DNA of 63,909 nucleotides, filler included, from Hausera hauseri (Eukaryota): NCBI GenBank assembly GCA_046269625.1. It is 12 parts of 12 records of this genome, joined end to end, with 100 filler letters (N's around TTAATTAATTAA, not from the genome) between each part and the next. Parts side by side here need not be neighbours in the genome. Positions count along the whole stretch, not along the records: positions 22,715 to 26,881 come from JBJURY010725324.1; positions 26,982 to 32,579 come from JBJURY010223632.1; positions 32,680 to 36,671 come from JBJURY010834081.1; positions 36,772 to 40,754 come from JBJURY010841080.1; 8 more parts are not named here. The stretch is one strand, 5' to 3'. Both the position numbers and the translations under genes were made by a program. A model generated the notes under the pieces. The model did not search any database and had not been told where the DNA came from. It saw only the letters and a list, made by a program, of their open reading frames with translations. This document shows positions 24,900-37,024 of the stretch, in pieces; the first letter of the stretch is position 1; each line of letters starts with the position of its first letter.

Positions 24900-25512
24900 A
24901 TGTTAGCTAATATCAACTATCGCGAACATGTTACCCAGTGTGACATTAACACACTACCTTTTAATCAATGTAAGCCGTGACAGTATGTCCTCAAGTGTCC
25001 ACCGGATTTTACATGCATCATATTTCAATCGGGAGTGTCGTATTATGGGTTGTCGCAAACCATTCACAGATGGTAAACTACGGCCATTCGGAATTGTCAT
25101 TGACCAAATCCAATTAATAACGGTAACGACTCAGTTAGACTACCACCAAACAATCAATCTGTACAAATTAGCAATGGCCATAAAATGTACGTATGAACCC
25201 GAACTGTTTCCTGCACTGAGAATGACATTGTTTTGCCCACTTTGTGTCAATGTGTTTAGCAGTGGAAAAATTGTTGTACTAGGTACTCGGACAGTGGACT
25301 ATGAACCGATTATTAATCAAATTAAAAGCCGCATAAATGATTTAGCAAATCAAAATAATGCACTCTACACAACAACAAACTATAAATACCATTCCTATGA
25401 TCATTCAGACATTACTGTTATGGAAGACGACGATAAAACGATTCTACTCAATGATGGTGGCTGTGAAAATAATGAAAGTTCAGATTGGTCGTTGTTGTTT
25501 GGCTACAAATAG
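24900..25512 (+). pseudogene. TATA-binding-protein-like gene (two TBP half-repeats)
   Basis: MLANINYR...IIFQSGxCRIMG (repeat 1) and INLYKLA...YEPELFPAL...VNVFSSGKIVVLG (repeat 2). One stop and one frameshift in repeat 1; the 3' end is uncertain. Confidence 0.8.
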
Positions 25513-25811
25513 AGAATTCTAATGTCAAATTTCTGGAAACAAAAACAGAACCTGTCCAACAATTAAAAAAACCTAATGGCGATTGTCTGGAGGACGATTA
25601 TAATGTCGACTGTCTGGAAACGAAAGGGAAACTCGTTCAGAAATCAGCAGTAGCAGCAGAAAAACCGACGTTAAAAAAGCAAAATGCAATGATTGGAATA
25701 CGTAAACGAAAATCAAAACCGTCGCGCCAAACAGACATTTTTACCGAAATAAATTTTTCGCAAATACGAAATGCATTTTCTGCAAACGCCCGTACCGATT
25801 TCATTGAATGA
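25485..25811 (+). CDS. Hypothetical Polinton accessory protein with acidic and basic (NLS-like RKRK) stretches
   Basis: ORF in the gene-dense block with no recognised domain; may be frameshifted from neighbouring ORFs. Confidence 0.35.
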   Translation: MVVVVWLQIENSNVKFLETKTEPVQQLKKPNGDCLEDDYNVDCLETKGKLVQKSAVAAEKPTLKKQNAMIGIRKRKSKPSRQTDIFTEINFSQIRNAFSANARTDFIE

Positions 25812-26115
25812 TCCCGTGTATCTATGTGCACCCAAGTACAGCTATCGTGTAAAACGGCTTTCGGGTAAAAATTTGAATAAACTTTTTAATGCTCTGCATC
25901 AACTAAACGTGGATTTAAAGTTGAACGAAACGACCGTGCAACAGCAATCTGTCGTTTTACCGGCTCACAAAACCAAATTGTTTGATTTCATCGGTCGCGA
26001 AATGTCCAATGTACCCGATGATGATTTAAAGTGTCGACTGAATATTGAATTGCAAGGATACAAGGAAAAAGCCGGTATCAAAAGCCCGATTTGGCGTGTA
26101 GCTAACTATCAATAA
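25771..26115 (+). CDS. Conserved Polinton accessory protein (possible OB-fold ssDNA-binding protein)
   Basis: The C-terminal LxGYxExxGIKSPxW motif is shared with 36437-36671. Confidence 0.55.
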   Translation: MHFLQTPVPISLNDPVYLCAPKYSYRVKRLSGKNLNKLFNALHQLNVDLKLNETTVQQQSVVLPAHKTKLFDFIGREMSNVPDDDLKCRLNIELQGYKEKAGIKSPIWRVANYQ

Positions 26116-26347
26116 TTTTTGTTTTACCGTTCTTTCATTAACCCAATCTGATGTGAAGAAGCGGAATTCAGTGTATTGTCACCGGAACAATGGGGATTGT
26201 TTTGTGTCAATGAAGCAAAAACAACGCAAAATGAACGCAAAGAATTTGGCTTTGGTTATATGGATAAAACCACCTGTTCAATGATGTGATGATAATAATA
26301 GTTGTTTTTGTGTTATTAACAAAAAATGATTTTGTACCAGATAAGTA

Positions 26348-26837
26348 ATGACGACAGGATTTATAGATATTGAAGCTGTCCAAGATGATAATGCCCGGTA
26401 CCTGATAAAGGAATTATGCGTTATGGACGTCGGTAACATTTTCGAACCGCTTGTGTACGTATTCAAGCCCGCCGTTATGTGGAATCAGTTGACAGAAAAG
26501 GTGAAAATTACCAATGGATATCTCATACGACGTTGTCATGGACTTTATTGGAACGAAGGCAATTCAACCCTTTGCGTATCATGTATCATGAGACACATTT
26601 GTGATCTTTTTGACATTGAAAGTACAATATTTTACATTAAAGATCAAATTGACGGACAAAAGTTTACACATCCATTCACAGTTTCCCGAGTTGCGAATGA
26701 CGACGTATTTAACAACATCGAACAACTCGCTGGCGATGGTACCTGACAATATTATATGTCCGTATCGTGATCATGGACCACATTGTGCTTACAAAAAATG
26801 TCTACGGCTTTGTATTGACTATATTTCATGCAAATAA
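26348..26837 (+). pseudogene. DEDD-like (RNase H fold) nuclease-like protein with a C-terminal Cys/His cluster
   Basis: FIDIEAV...IKEL...FKP...W...HGLYWNEG...CPYRDHGPHCA; one frameshift near 26660. Confidence 0.6.
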
Positions 26838-27499
26838 ATAAATGTATTTCTCTGTTTCTTTTTTCTTTCTGTAAATAAGGTNNNNNNNNNNNNNNNNNNN
26901 NNNNNNNNNNNNNNNNNNNNNNNNNTTAATTAATTAANNNNNNNNNNNNNNNNNNNNNNNNNNNNNNNNNNNNNNNNNNNNAGGAGGAAAATAAACACAA
27001 ATCACTTGCTGCGGCATATGAGAATCGAACAGTGCCTATTTGTAAATTACCAATATTAACAGACCTAAAGGATCCGTATGGAAAAATGGAGGAATATATA
27101 AAATTACGTAACTTAACAAAACACTCTCAGGAAGAGATACGCCAATCCATTATTACACGAAACACGGAAAACAGCCGTGTAACATTACCTACATCACCCA
27201 AGTTAGGTATACTGCCACCTATATCTTATCACCAAACAAACCGATTAATGAAAGATCAAGTAGACAGAGAACCCTATTTAACAATCTCAGAACCCGTTAG
27301 TACGCAAAACACAACATTACAACGTGTAAGTTGCTACACAGACCTGAGTGAACTCAAAGAGGAAGTGAAGGGAGTGGAAAACAATACTCAATCTTTGGAA
27401 AGTTTAGCGGTTATATTATCAAGCAGCACTACCCGATATTGTTCGGCTAGTTACAGCTTGATGGAACCACATATAGATAATCATAACGATGTATTAATG

Positions 27500-30400
27500 T
27501 TTCTCGAGCTTTTACGGGATAATTGACCTCACACCACAGTTCACTTTGATAGCTTTGACCTAAATGCTATGGTTGACACTGGATCTAACGTTGCATTAAT
27601 AGCAAAACATGCAATTCCAGAAGAATTACAATCTCAAATAAAATTGGCTACTAAAGACTTGCCTGGTACTACTTCGGCCTTCCAGCAATGCAGTAAACCC
27701 TATGGATACTGGAAAGTGAACCATGAATTTGCGGACAGAGAGTCAAAATAACTTTTGATGTAATGATTACCTTGGATCCGCGATGCATTTTGGGTATGAA
27801 TGTGTTGCGCAAATTGGAAGGTGTACACATAAACTTATAATCGGGATAAATTTGTCCAAATAATGAAGATAAACTCCCTAATTACAACAAAACAGACATC
27901 TGGGTAGGACATGTTCAGAAAATACCACCCAATTCTAGAATGGTTACAAACGCCAGAACAGTATTCCCAGACAACAGTGTAATTGAGTTTGTGCCGAAAA
28001 CTCTTCTAAATGGACTTATATTGCCACACTATTGCGTTAATGTAATGGGAAGAACCATCCCTGTAGAAGTTTTAAATCCCACTCAAAGATGTGTCACAAT
28101 ATTCACTAAAATAAAAATTGGACAGGCATTAGAAACTACACGCCAAGAGAAATATGACAAAAATGTCGTGACCATTTCAACAGCGGAATATGATAATGCT
28201 GAAAACATACTTAATGTCGTTCTTACTAAAGTCAAGCAAATTTTATCAGATGAATATCTAAGGAATTTCTTAGACCTCATTTGTCAGTACCTTGATATTT
28301 TTGCAAAAAACGATACGGATATCGGACGAACAGATTTAGATTGTTATTTATGCTCGACCCCACAACCGGAAAAGAAGTAGATCTGTTACGACAACCTGTA
28401 CCAAAATGGTACCCTTCTCCAAAAGCACTCCAAAAGGAAGTTGAGTAATAAATTTAAGCTATGCTCGATAAAAGTATCGTAGAACCTAGGTAATCACCTT
28501 GGCCCTCTGCCATAGTTATGGGCAAGAAAGCTAATACGACTAAACACCGCCTGTGCGTAAATTACGTTACCTTAAACAAGCACTTAATGAATCATGCGTA
28601 CTAAATTCCGCAAATACGGGACGTCATTGATGAACTGAAGGATTGTAAATATTTTACCACATTAAACTTACCAAGTGGGTTTTGACAAATTGTCGTAACT
28701 GAAGGGGATCGATGGAAAACCGCATTTAAAACCCATACAGGAGTTTATCAATTCACACGCATGCCACTTGGCTTAAAAACGGCACCCACTTTCTTCCAAG
28801 AATTTATTCGTCTAGTACTAAAAGGAGTGCGGGGCTTATCGTACATTGACGACATCCTTATTGTGTCCAAAACATGGTCTGCCCATTTAGCGGAAATGAA
28901 GGAATTATTTGACCGAATCAGACTTGCTAAATTAAAATTAAATCCAAAAACATTTGAATGGTGTAAGAAGGAAGTTAGATACCTGAGATTTGTCGTTTGC
29001 AGTAAGGGGATATCAACAAGCCCTGAGTTAGTAAATAAAATACTGGAATACCCCCTCCAACCAATGTGGGTAAAATGAAACCATGGTTAAGATTGGGAGG
29101 ATTTTATGCTACCTTCATTCCCTACTTTGCAGAAATTAATCAGCCTCAATATAGGTTATTGCGGAAAGACCAAAAATGGAAATGGACCGAAGAGAACCAG
29201 AACGCATTCGATGAAATTAAAAAACGAATGGTGTCAGCACCAATATTAAGGTACCCAGATTTTTCACTACCATTCATTTTAAAAACTGACGCTAGCATTA
29301 AAGTCATTAGTTTTGTATTACCTCAACAAAGTCCAGAAGAAACAACCGAATATGTAATCGCCTACGGCGGACGTAGCTTGAATAATGCAGAGCGGAAATA
29401 CTCAACTACTGAATTTGAACTATTAGCTATCCGTGATGGATTGAGACATTACGAATATTATGTCTACGGTCATAAGGTTATAATATTTACTGACCACAAG
29501 GCGCTGTTGTCTTTGCGCTCAGACAACAGACATGTATCAAATCGACTCTAAAGATGGAAGTTGGAGCTTTTGAATTATGACTTTGAGTATCGATATCGTC
29601 CTAGCAAAGAAAACACAGATGCCGATGCTCTTTCGAGAATGCCATACAAAAGAATAGTAGCAGCAGCTTATAATTCGTTAGATAACGAGAGTGACAAACA
29701 TTTAAATGAGAAAATCATTAACGATATGTAACAAGAACAACGCAAAATCCAAGTATGAAATATCGAGACCTTACAAAACCTAGATCCCTTTATTGTTCAA
29801 ATCAAACAATTAATTAATAGACAATTAGTTGACTCGGTATCGAATCACATTCAAATCTTTTATGAAAAGTACCGAGTAAAATTAGAAATCGAAAATGACA
29901 TTTTACGACTGAAAGTCGGAGAACAAAAACTGGTCATGGTGCCGGTATCGGCTATCAACGCCGTCATGCTACAAGAACATGATTCACACTTAGCTGGCCA
30001 TCCGTTTTTAAATAAGACTCTAAAGCGTATTACCGCTAAATATTATTGGCCTCAAATGAATAAACAAATTGAAGGATGGGTACGTTCATGCAAAATGTGC
30101 GCTACAAGGAAAGATAGAGTACTTCGTATCAAACCGTTCTTAGGAAGCTTGCCTGAAGCTTGTAAGCCAATGGAAGTGTGTGCAATAGACATCTCTGGGC
30201 CCTTCCCAACATCGGACTTGGGATATAAATACAAACTGTCGCTTGTTGACTACTTCTCTCGCCACGTTGTACTAGTACCATTAAAAAACATGACTAGTGG
30301 TACAGTTGCTGAAACCTTTTTCTATAAAATTATTGCCGTACTGGGCACCCCGAAACAGTCGTTAACTGATCGTGCACCTTATTTCATTAGCGAGTTCTTT

Positions 30401-31000
30401 GAAAAATTATCAAAAATATTCCAATGCAAATATTTATTACCAACATCATACCATCCTCAATGTAATGGTATGATCGAAAGGATAAATCGTACCATTCAAG
30501 GTATTCTTTCTACAAAGGTAGCACAAGATCAAAAAGATTGGCACAATCATCTGAAAACTACGGCTTTTGCAATCAATACTACTCTTACCAAAAGCGCCAG
30601 TCATTCTCCTTTTGAATTAATGTTTGAACGAGTGCCTTTGCTGCCATTAGATACTGAATTACTACCATCCTCCTTGCTAGCTACTGATCATATGGATGAA
30701 CAATACCAGAATTTGCTTAAACGTCTTGAATATGCTCAACGCGAAACAAAGGAATTTGAAAAGAACTACAGATCTAGATATAAAAACACTTTAACAAGAA
30801 AGCACGACTGCATGCTTACTAAATTGCAGATTACATAATGGTCTACTACCCCGTGACGAAAGGCAAATCGTTAAAATTAACACGCACAGGCCAAGGACCG
30901 TACAAAGTCGTCGATGTACGCCCACAAACACTTTTTATTCAGAAAGAGCCCGACAAATACGAGGTTGTGTCAATTCAACAAGTAACCCGAGCGCCTACCT
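27500..31000 (+). pseudogene. Gypsy pol (protease, RT, RNase H, integrase)
   Basis: VDTGS, RMPLGLKTAP, YIDDILI, TDAS, YSTTEFELLAI, FTDHKAL, ADALSR, HDSHLAGH/CKMC, DISGP, YHPQCNGMIER and GPY motifs. Confidence 0.93.
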
Positions 31001-31129
31001 CATACAACGATTTCATGCACGAAACGGAGCTAGACATACCCAAAACGGAAAAGCCCAAAATAGCGGCAATGCTCAAAATTAAACCAATGAGTACCTCAGA
31101 GAATTACTCCGTTCACTTCATTTTTAGTA

Positions 31130-32540
31130 AATACCCTGGAACGTTTATCCTCATTTTTCTCGTTCTCCTCATACCTATTACAATAGCTGATACCAGCCTA
31201 GATACTACAACCACACCGCACACTGAATTAATTGAATGCNNNNNNNNNNACAATTATCAGTATAGATACATTTAAACCCAGTATTTGCTTTCGGACTTAC
31301 CTACCTGTAATGCGACACCTTACAGTTGATTTTGTCCTTTTGTCGCAGCATAACATCTCCTCTATTTGTACAATCCTTGAAGTGCATAATAAAACCTGCT
31401 GCTCCGTAAATTATGTTCAAACTTACACGTACCATGTATTATTGAAGATAAACAATACCAGTACTGTTCTTTGGGAGTGAAATATTATTCTGCACGTTCC
31501 CACTTACCGGGAGATGAATTTATTGGAAACTTTGATGTATTTTCACGCGACTCTTTTATCGCTCGATTCCTAGAATATAATATTAAAATCTGTTATATCG
31601 ACTTCACAAGACAACCTCCTTGCATGAATTTCCGCATCACATGTCTACTATCTTATGAGTTCGAAATCAGCATATGGCTCGACCCCATCTCTACACCCTT
31701 AATACAACCACATTATTGTTATCTTAAGCGAAATGATACTCGCTCATGTTGTACACTCTATCCATACATCTGGTGCAGAATCCGTTTAGATGCATACCAA
31801 ACACGAGGAAATAGACTATTCATTAGAGCGCATTCTCACCGTATTCTTATTCTTTTTTCAGTTAAACGCAACATACCCATTCCGGCCTTTGCTAAGCAAC
31901 ACATAACCTCACCACAATCTGTAAAAAAACTGATAACGCCAAAACTATGGACTACACCTACTATCAAGGAAAGGGGAGATCGAGATCAAGATCAGCTCAA
32001 ACTCAAATCACAAGTTCAATTCAAACCACAAAACCAGTTCAAAATACAAAATCAGCGGCCATATACATTAAAAAGGAAAACACATAAGCATGTATTCTAT
32101 GGGAAATGGATGAAAGAATTTCCCATCATATTCAAATTAACGCCCTACAAATACCGTATTCAGGTAATATTGCAAAATACGATTAACGAACGGAATCTCA
32201 TGATTACTTGTACGGGCTCACATGATAAAGCGAGCATCATACATGAAGCACATAAACGAAATTTTTGTGGAAAAACCAACGCCAGGTATCAATTATTTGG
32301 TGAGGATAGAGACCACGGATAACTCTAAAATTTAACCATAAAAACACTACCAGCAATAGATCAATATCTCCACATAAGATATAATAATGACGATGAAAAA
32401 TGGAAATCAACTACAGCTTGTCGAGGACTACGGAAACATATATCTTACAATATTGGTGGATATTCATATTGATAAAAGGTGTTGGTATTGTCCTTATAAT
32501 GCTTGTTGCACTGGGTAAAAAACCGAAGTGCGGGAATAGA
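31130..32540 (+). pseudogene. Env-position type I membrane protein with two C-x9-CC modules, an FN3-like module and a TM helix
   Basis: Hydrophobic FILIFLVLLIPITIA; CTILEVHNKTCC; CYLKRNDTRSCC; TPGINYLVRIET (shifted frame near 32280); TM YWWIFILIKGVGIVLIMLVALGKK. Confidence 0.65.
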
Positions 32541-32679
32541 TTACTTAAGGACTCTCACTATTCTATTATACAAGGAGGTNNNNNNNNNNNNNNNNNNNNN
32601 NNNNNNNNNNNNNNNNNNNNNNNTTAATTAATTAANNNNNNNNNNNNNNNNNNNNNNNNNNNNNNNNNNNNNNNNNNNN

Positions 32680-35600
32680 CAGAAACAGTACCCAGCAAGA
32701 GCAGCAGCAGGAACAGCATCAACAAGAAGAACAGGAGGCCAATATTCCCAACATTAGAGTCAATTACGACCTGAACAGATCGTACGTGGACATGAAGGTG
32801 AACATGACGGTAAAAACAGCAACACAATTGAAGGATGTACCTGCTCGTGTGCGTAACCGGCTGGAAATAGAGGTGACCCAATTCCAACAACACCACCACC
32901 ACTGCAAAGTGCAATATTATGCACTTGCAGAATTTGAAATTTTGGAAGGTGACAGGAAAGAATGGTACCTGTCACATCCAGCCGTACCGTATTCCGACGA
33001 TTTTATTGCCGACGTAGGCGAAAAGCTCGATGAGAAAATCGGCAACTACACGGAAAAGGGTAGTGGATGGCGAATTATACGAATTGTCACTTTCGTCTTT
33101 GTTGTAACGAAGTCGAGTGACATATTATATTTATCCGGGCGATCATTCATACCGACACCTGCAGCTGTGAAGCAGTCTCTGGCGGTAGTGAATGTAAAAA
33201 ATACTAACGACGGATACTGTTTTCTTTACAGTATTCTGGCGATATTGAAATACGACAAAGTGGACAGACATAGTGCATCTCGTCCAAAACAGTATCAGAA
33301 ATATTTTTCCGAATTGGATTTCGATGAGAGCTGGATGCCGATGAAACTGAAATCCATACCGACATTTGAACGGCGTAATCCGACACTGACAATCAACGTG
33401 TTCCGGTACAACACAGTCGTAGAAATACCAGCGGATGAAGAAATTTACAAAAACCCTCATGTAGATATAATCTATCAAAGTCGGAACCCAAATGGTCACT
33501 CAGTAGTAAATTTTGTGCTACTGGAGCAAGCAGATAAATTTCACTGTGGCAGTAACCAATTTGGACAGATTACTTAACATGGTTCACCATAAGTTTGTCC
33601 AAGAGCGTATACAATGTAAATGGTGTCCTGTATGTCTGCATGAATTCAGGTCGGAAATATCACGGGAGAAACATGTGACTCTGCAGACGAAATTCATCGG
33701 GAACCACAATGTATGTCATGACCGTCAAAAAGGAACTCAGGTTCACAGATAGATCAAAAACAGACAGTCCATCATATGTAGTATATGCCGATATTGAGGC
33801 AATTCTACCACCGCACAACGTGTATGATTAAAAACACGTTCCAATCGCCGTTGGTATGTTGACTGTCACAATAAAAGCGGTCGGTCAGCCGCAGTATTAC
33901 GCCTTTCAAGGCTGGACATGTGTGCGTGATTTTCTGCAGCGTTTGGAAACGATAGAAGAAATGGAAATCGCACCGTGGTATCGCAATAACAGCATAAAAC
34001 CCCTGATTTGGACAGATGAAGATGAACGCCTGACGTTTGCAGCCACCGATGAATGTTACCTGTGCCACCACAAAATATTACCGGAACGGCTCGTACTGGA
34101 TCACGACCATTTCACCGGTCGATACTTGGGGGAAGCATGCAACTCATGAAATTTGGCAAGACTTGTGCGGCCATTCCTGCCGGTGATATTTCATAAATTC
34201 AGGGGTTATGACTGTCACCATATTCTGAAATGGGCCATAAACGGATTTCCGCACTGAGAGCTACCCATAATCCCAACAATGATGGAGAAGTACCTGTCCT
34301 TATCGGCACGCATAAACCGGTTTCAGGTATGGTTTCTTGACTCATTACAGTTCCTCAATGAGTCCTAGCAAAGCTCGTAAATGCCTTGTCTGATGTGCCG
34401 CTAACACTGACGCAGTTCCCCACAAATATTGCACGCAGCAAAGGTATATTCCTGTATGACTTTGCCGTGTCATATGAGCGACTTCGGACAACAGAGAAAT
34501 TACCGCCGCGATGGACAGGTATCACAGAAGATGAATATCAGAGAGCACAGGAATCTTGGACAGAACTCGATTGTAGAAACATGTTGGACTACGTGCTTCA
34601 GTATCTAAATCTCGATGTGTACCTATTAGCCGATGTGTTTCGGACATTTCGGGCTAAAGCGTTGGAGGAAGATAGGTTAAAACCGCTCAACTTTTACTCA
34701 ATACCGGAAATGAGTTGGGCATTGGCACTAATGTCACTGGATTGGGACATTGAGCTGCTACAAGACTCAGAAATGTACCGACTTTTTGACGTTGGCATTC
34801 GTAGCGGCATGATATTTGTCAACAAGCATCACGTAACCAGTGATGACGATGATACATCGTCAATATTGTACATCGATATTAATAACATGTTCTGCTGGGC
34901 GCTTTTGCAACCCTTGTCGTACGGTTCATTTGAATGGATAATGGACGAACAAGAACTGGATACATTGCTGGACAGTCTGCCAGCAGCAAACATGACTAGA
35001 AGCAGCTCAGTCGGCTACCTAATGGAAGTTGATCTCGTGGTACCGGATGAGCTGCATGACTTTCTGGATGAACGGCCGGTCGCACCAATTAGCCAATGTC
35101 CACACGGCAGCTCAAAAGTAAAGAAACTGCTCATGACACATAAAGCCAAATTGAATTACGTGGTTCATTGGCGTCTGCTGCAGTTTTACATGCAGCTTTG
35201 TGTACGCGTCACACAGCTGCATCGTGCAATCCGCTTTAATCATGCGCCGATATTTAAGGCGTACATTAATGGAAATTCCGGGAAATGAGCTGCAGCTTGT
35301 ACAAAATTCAAAAAGGACTATTACAAGCTCAAAAACAAATCACTATATGGGAAAGCAGTGAAAAATGTGAAGAAGCTATTCAATGTTCTCCTGTGCAACA
35401 ACGAAAAACGACTAGTTACGTACACCAGCAAGGCTCAGTTTAGACGGTCAATGCAAATTGCCGATGGATTGGTCGTCGTGCTTCTAAACCGGGAAGAGGT
35501 CGTACTAGACCGGCCAAGCTACATCGGACAAGTGGTGTTGGACCTGAGCAAGTTGCGAATATACGAGCTCCAATATCGCGACTTGGAACGTTACCGGCAA

Positions 35601-36125
35601 ATGTTCGGCGGCAGCGGCGGCTGTGAGATCAGTATTGTTGCCGGTGACACAGACAGCTTCTTTCTTGAGCTGAAAAACATCAATCGAGACCAGTTGCTCC
35701 AATAAATAATGTCAGATGGACTACTGGACACGTCCAACTACCCATTGGACCATCCACTGTACAGCAGCACGATAACAAACAAAATCGGCTGCTTCGAGGA
35801 CGAAAGTGAAGGCCGGGTTCAATACAGCGAATGGATATTTTTGCGCCCAAAGTGTTACAGTCTTCTGACAGACTGTAGGCCGAAAATGCGGGCAAAAGAC
35901 ATCAAGCTGAAACAGACGGAAAGAAATCACAGTGATTATCGCCGTGTCTATGATGGACAAGAAGACGGAGAAGAAAGAAGGGCTGTTGTATCTCAAACGC
36001 CCGTACGATCGATTGAGCATTAGCTGTATACCATCACAAATAAAAATGTTGTTTTTTCATGCAACGATGACAAGCGAAAGTGAGTGGGGCGAAATAAGAG
36101 TTGGGCGTACGGACATTGGCGTTGA
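32680..36125 (+). pseudogene. Polinton group-2 protein-primed DNA polymerase B with an endonuclease VII/HNH-like insertion
   Basis: GSGW, YADIEA, CYLC...DHDHFTGRYLGEACN, GYDCH, FLDSLQF, DVYLLADVF, YIDINN, KxxNxSLYGK, GDTDS, LRPKCYS, DDKR and AYGHW motifs; many frameshifts. Confidence 0.95.
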
Positions 36126-36436
36126 GATAACACAAGGTCAGTAACAAAACAGTTCAGTCAGTACAAAGATGCAATTCAAACCAGCCAGATCATTGTGACA
36201 TTTGTGATCTTTGTTTGTTTTACATTCATCTGCTGTACATGAGATAAATAACGTATTTGTACACTAGTTTTTGTCTTCTGTTTTATAACAGGGAAATGGG
36301 ACTTAAGTTGGGTTATCGAAAAAAAATCTCATATTACTCAAAATCTCAAACACTTTTCACAATACAACACAACACAACAGAAAAACTCAAATAAATTTTA
36401 TTACAAATCATAAACTAAAAACACCAAACACTAAAG

Positions 36437-36671
36437 TCAATTCATTAAAGTAAACTTCCCCAACTTCCACATTGGCGATTTAATACCACACAGTTCCTCA
36501 TATCCTTTCAGCTTCATTGCCAGGTGTCCTTTTACCCCTTCCGTTGGCAAAACTGCTGTTTGTCCATTTTCACGCACAATTTTCGCCATGTTGCCTTTAA
36601 GGAAAAGCGAGGATGTGTCCCGAATATCATTGGACAACATTAAATCATTGTCCACTTTCTTCATCGTTTCC
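36437..36671 (-). CDS. Accessory protein C-terminal part (homologue of 25771-26115), convergent with pPolB
   Basis: LAMKLKGYEELCGIKSPMWKL; truncated by the contig end. Confidence 0.55.
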
Positions 36672-37024
36672 NNNNNNNNNNNNNNNNNNNNNNNNNNNNN
36701 NNNNNNNNNNNNNNNTTAATTAATTAANNNNNNNNNNNNNNNNNNNNNNNNNNNNNNNNNNNNNNNNNNNNAGACAGGAAGACCTATAAATAAAGGTAAT
36801 GTTTTCATAGAAATTTTAAAAATGTTTTTCTGTTTACATGTTTATTGAATGTTGTGTTTATTGATGTCTTTGTTTGCATGTTTATTTCATTTTTAATGTA
36901 AAGAATGTATCATTTGAGATAGTTACACAATGTACGTTGTCGCTTGTGAAATTTCCTTTAAGATACACTCTACACATCACATCAAAAGGACCCTTTTTTA
37001 GCCTCTTAAAGTATCATGGACGTT

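Larger units (their letters stand above)
22715..26881. mobile_element. Polinton/Maverick internal segment (integrase, QxGGF protein, ATPase, accessory genes), decayed
   Basis: Gene-dense and intronless, with Polinton-type integrase and A32-like ATPase on the same contig. Confidence 0.9.
26982..32579 (+). mobile_element. Ty3/gypsy LTR retrotransposon internal region (PR-RT-RH-INT plus env-position membrane protein), decayed
   Basis: Domain order and motifs as listed for the two component features. Confidence 0.92.
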
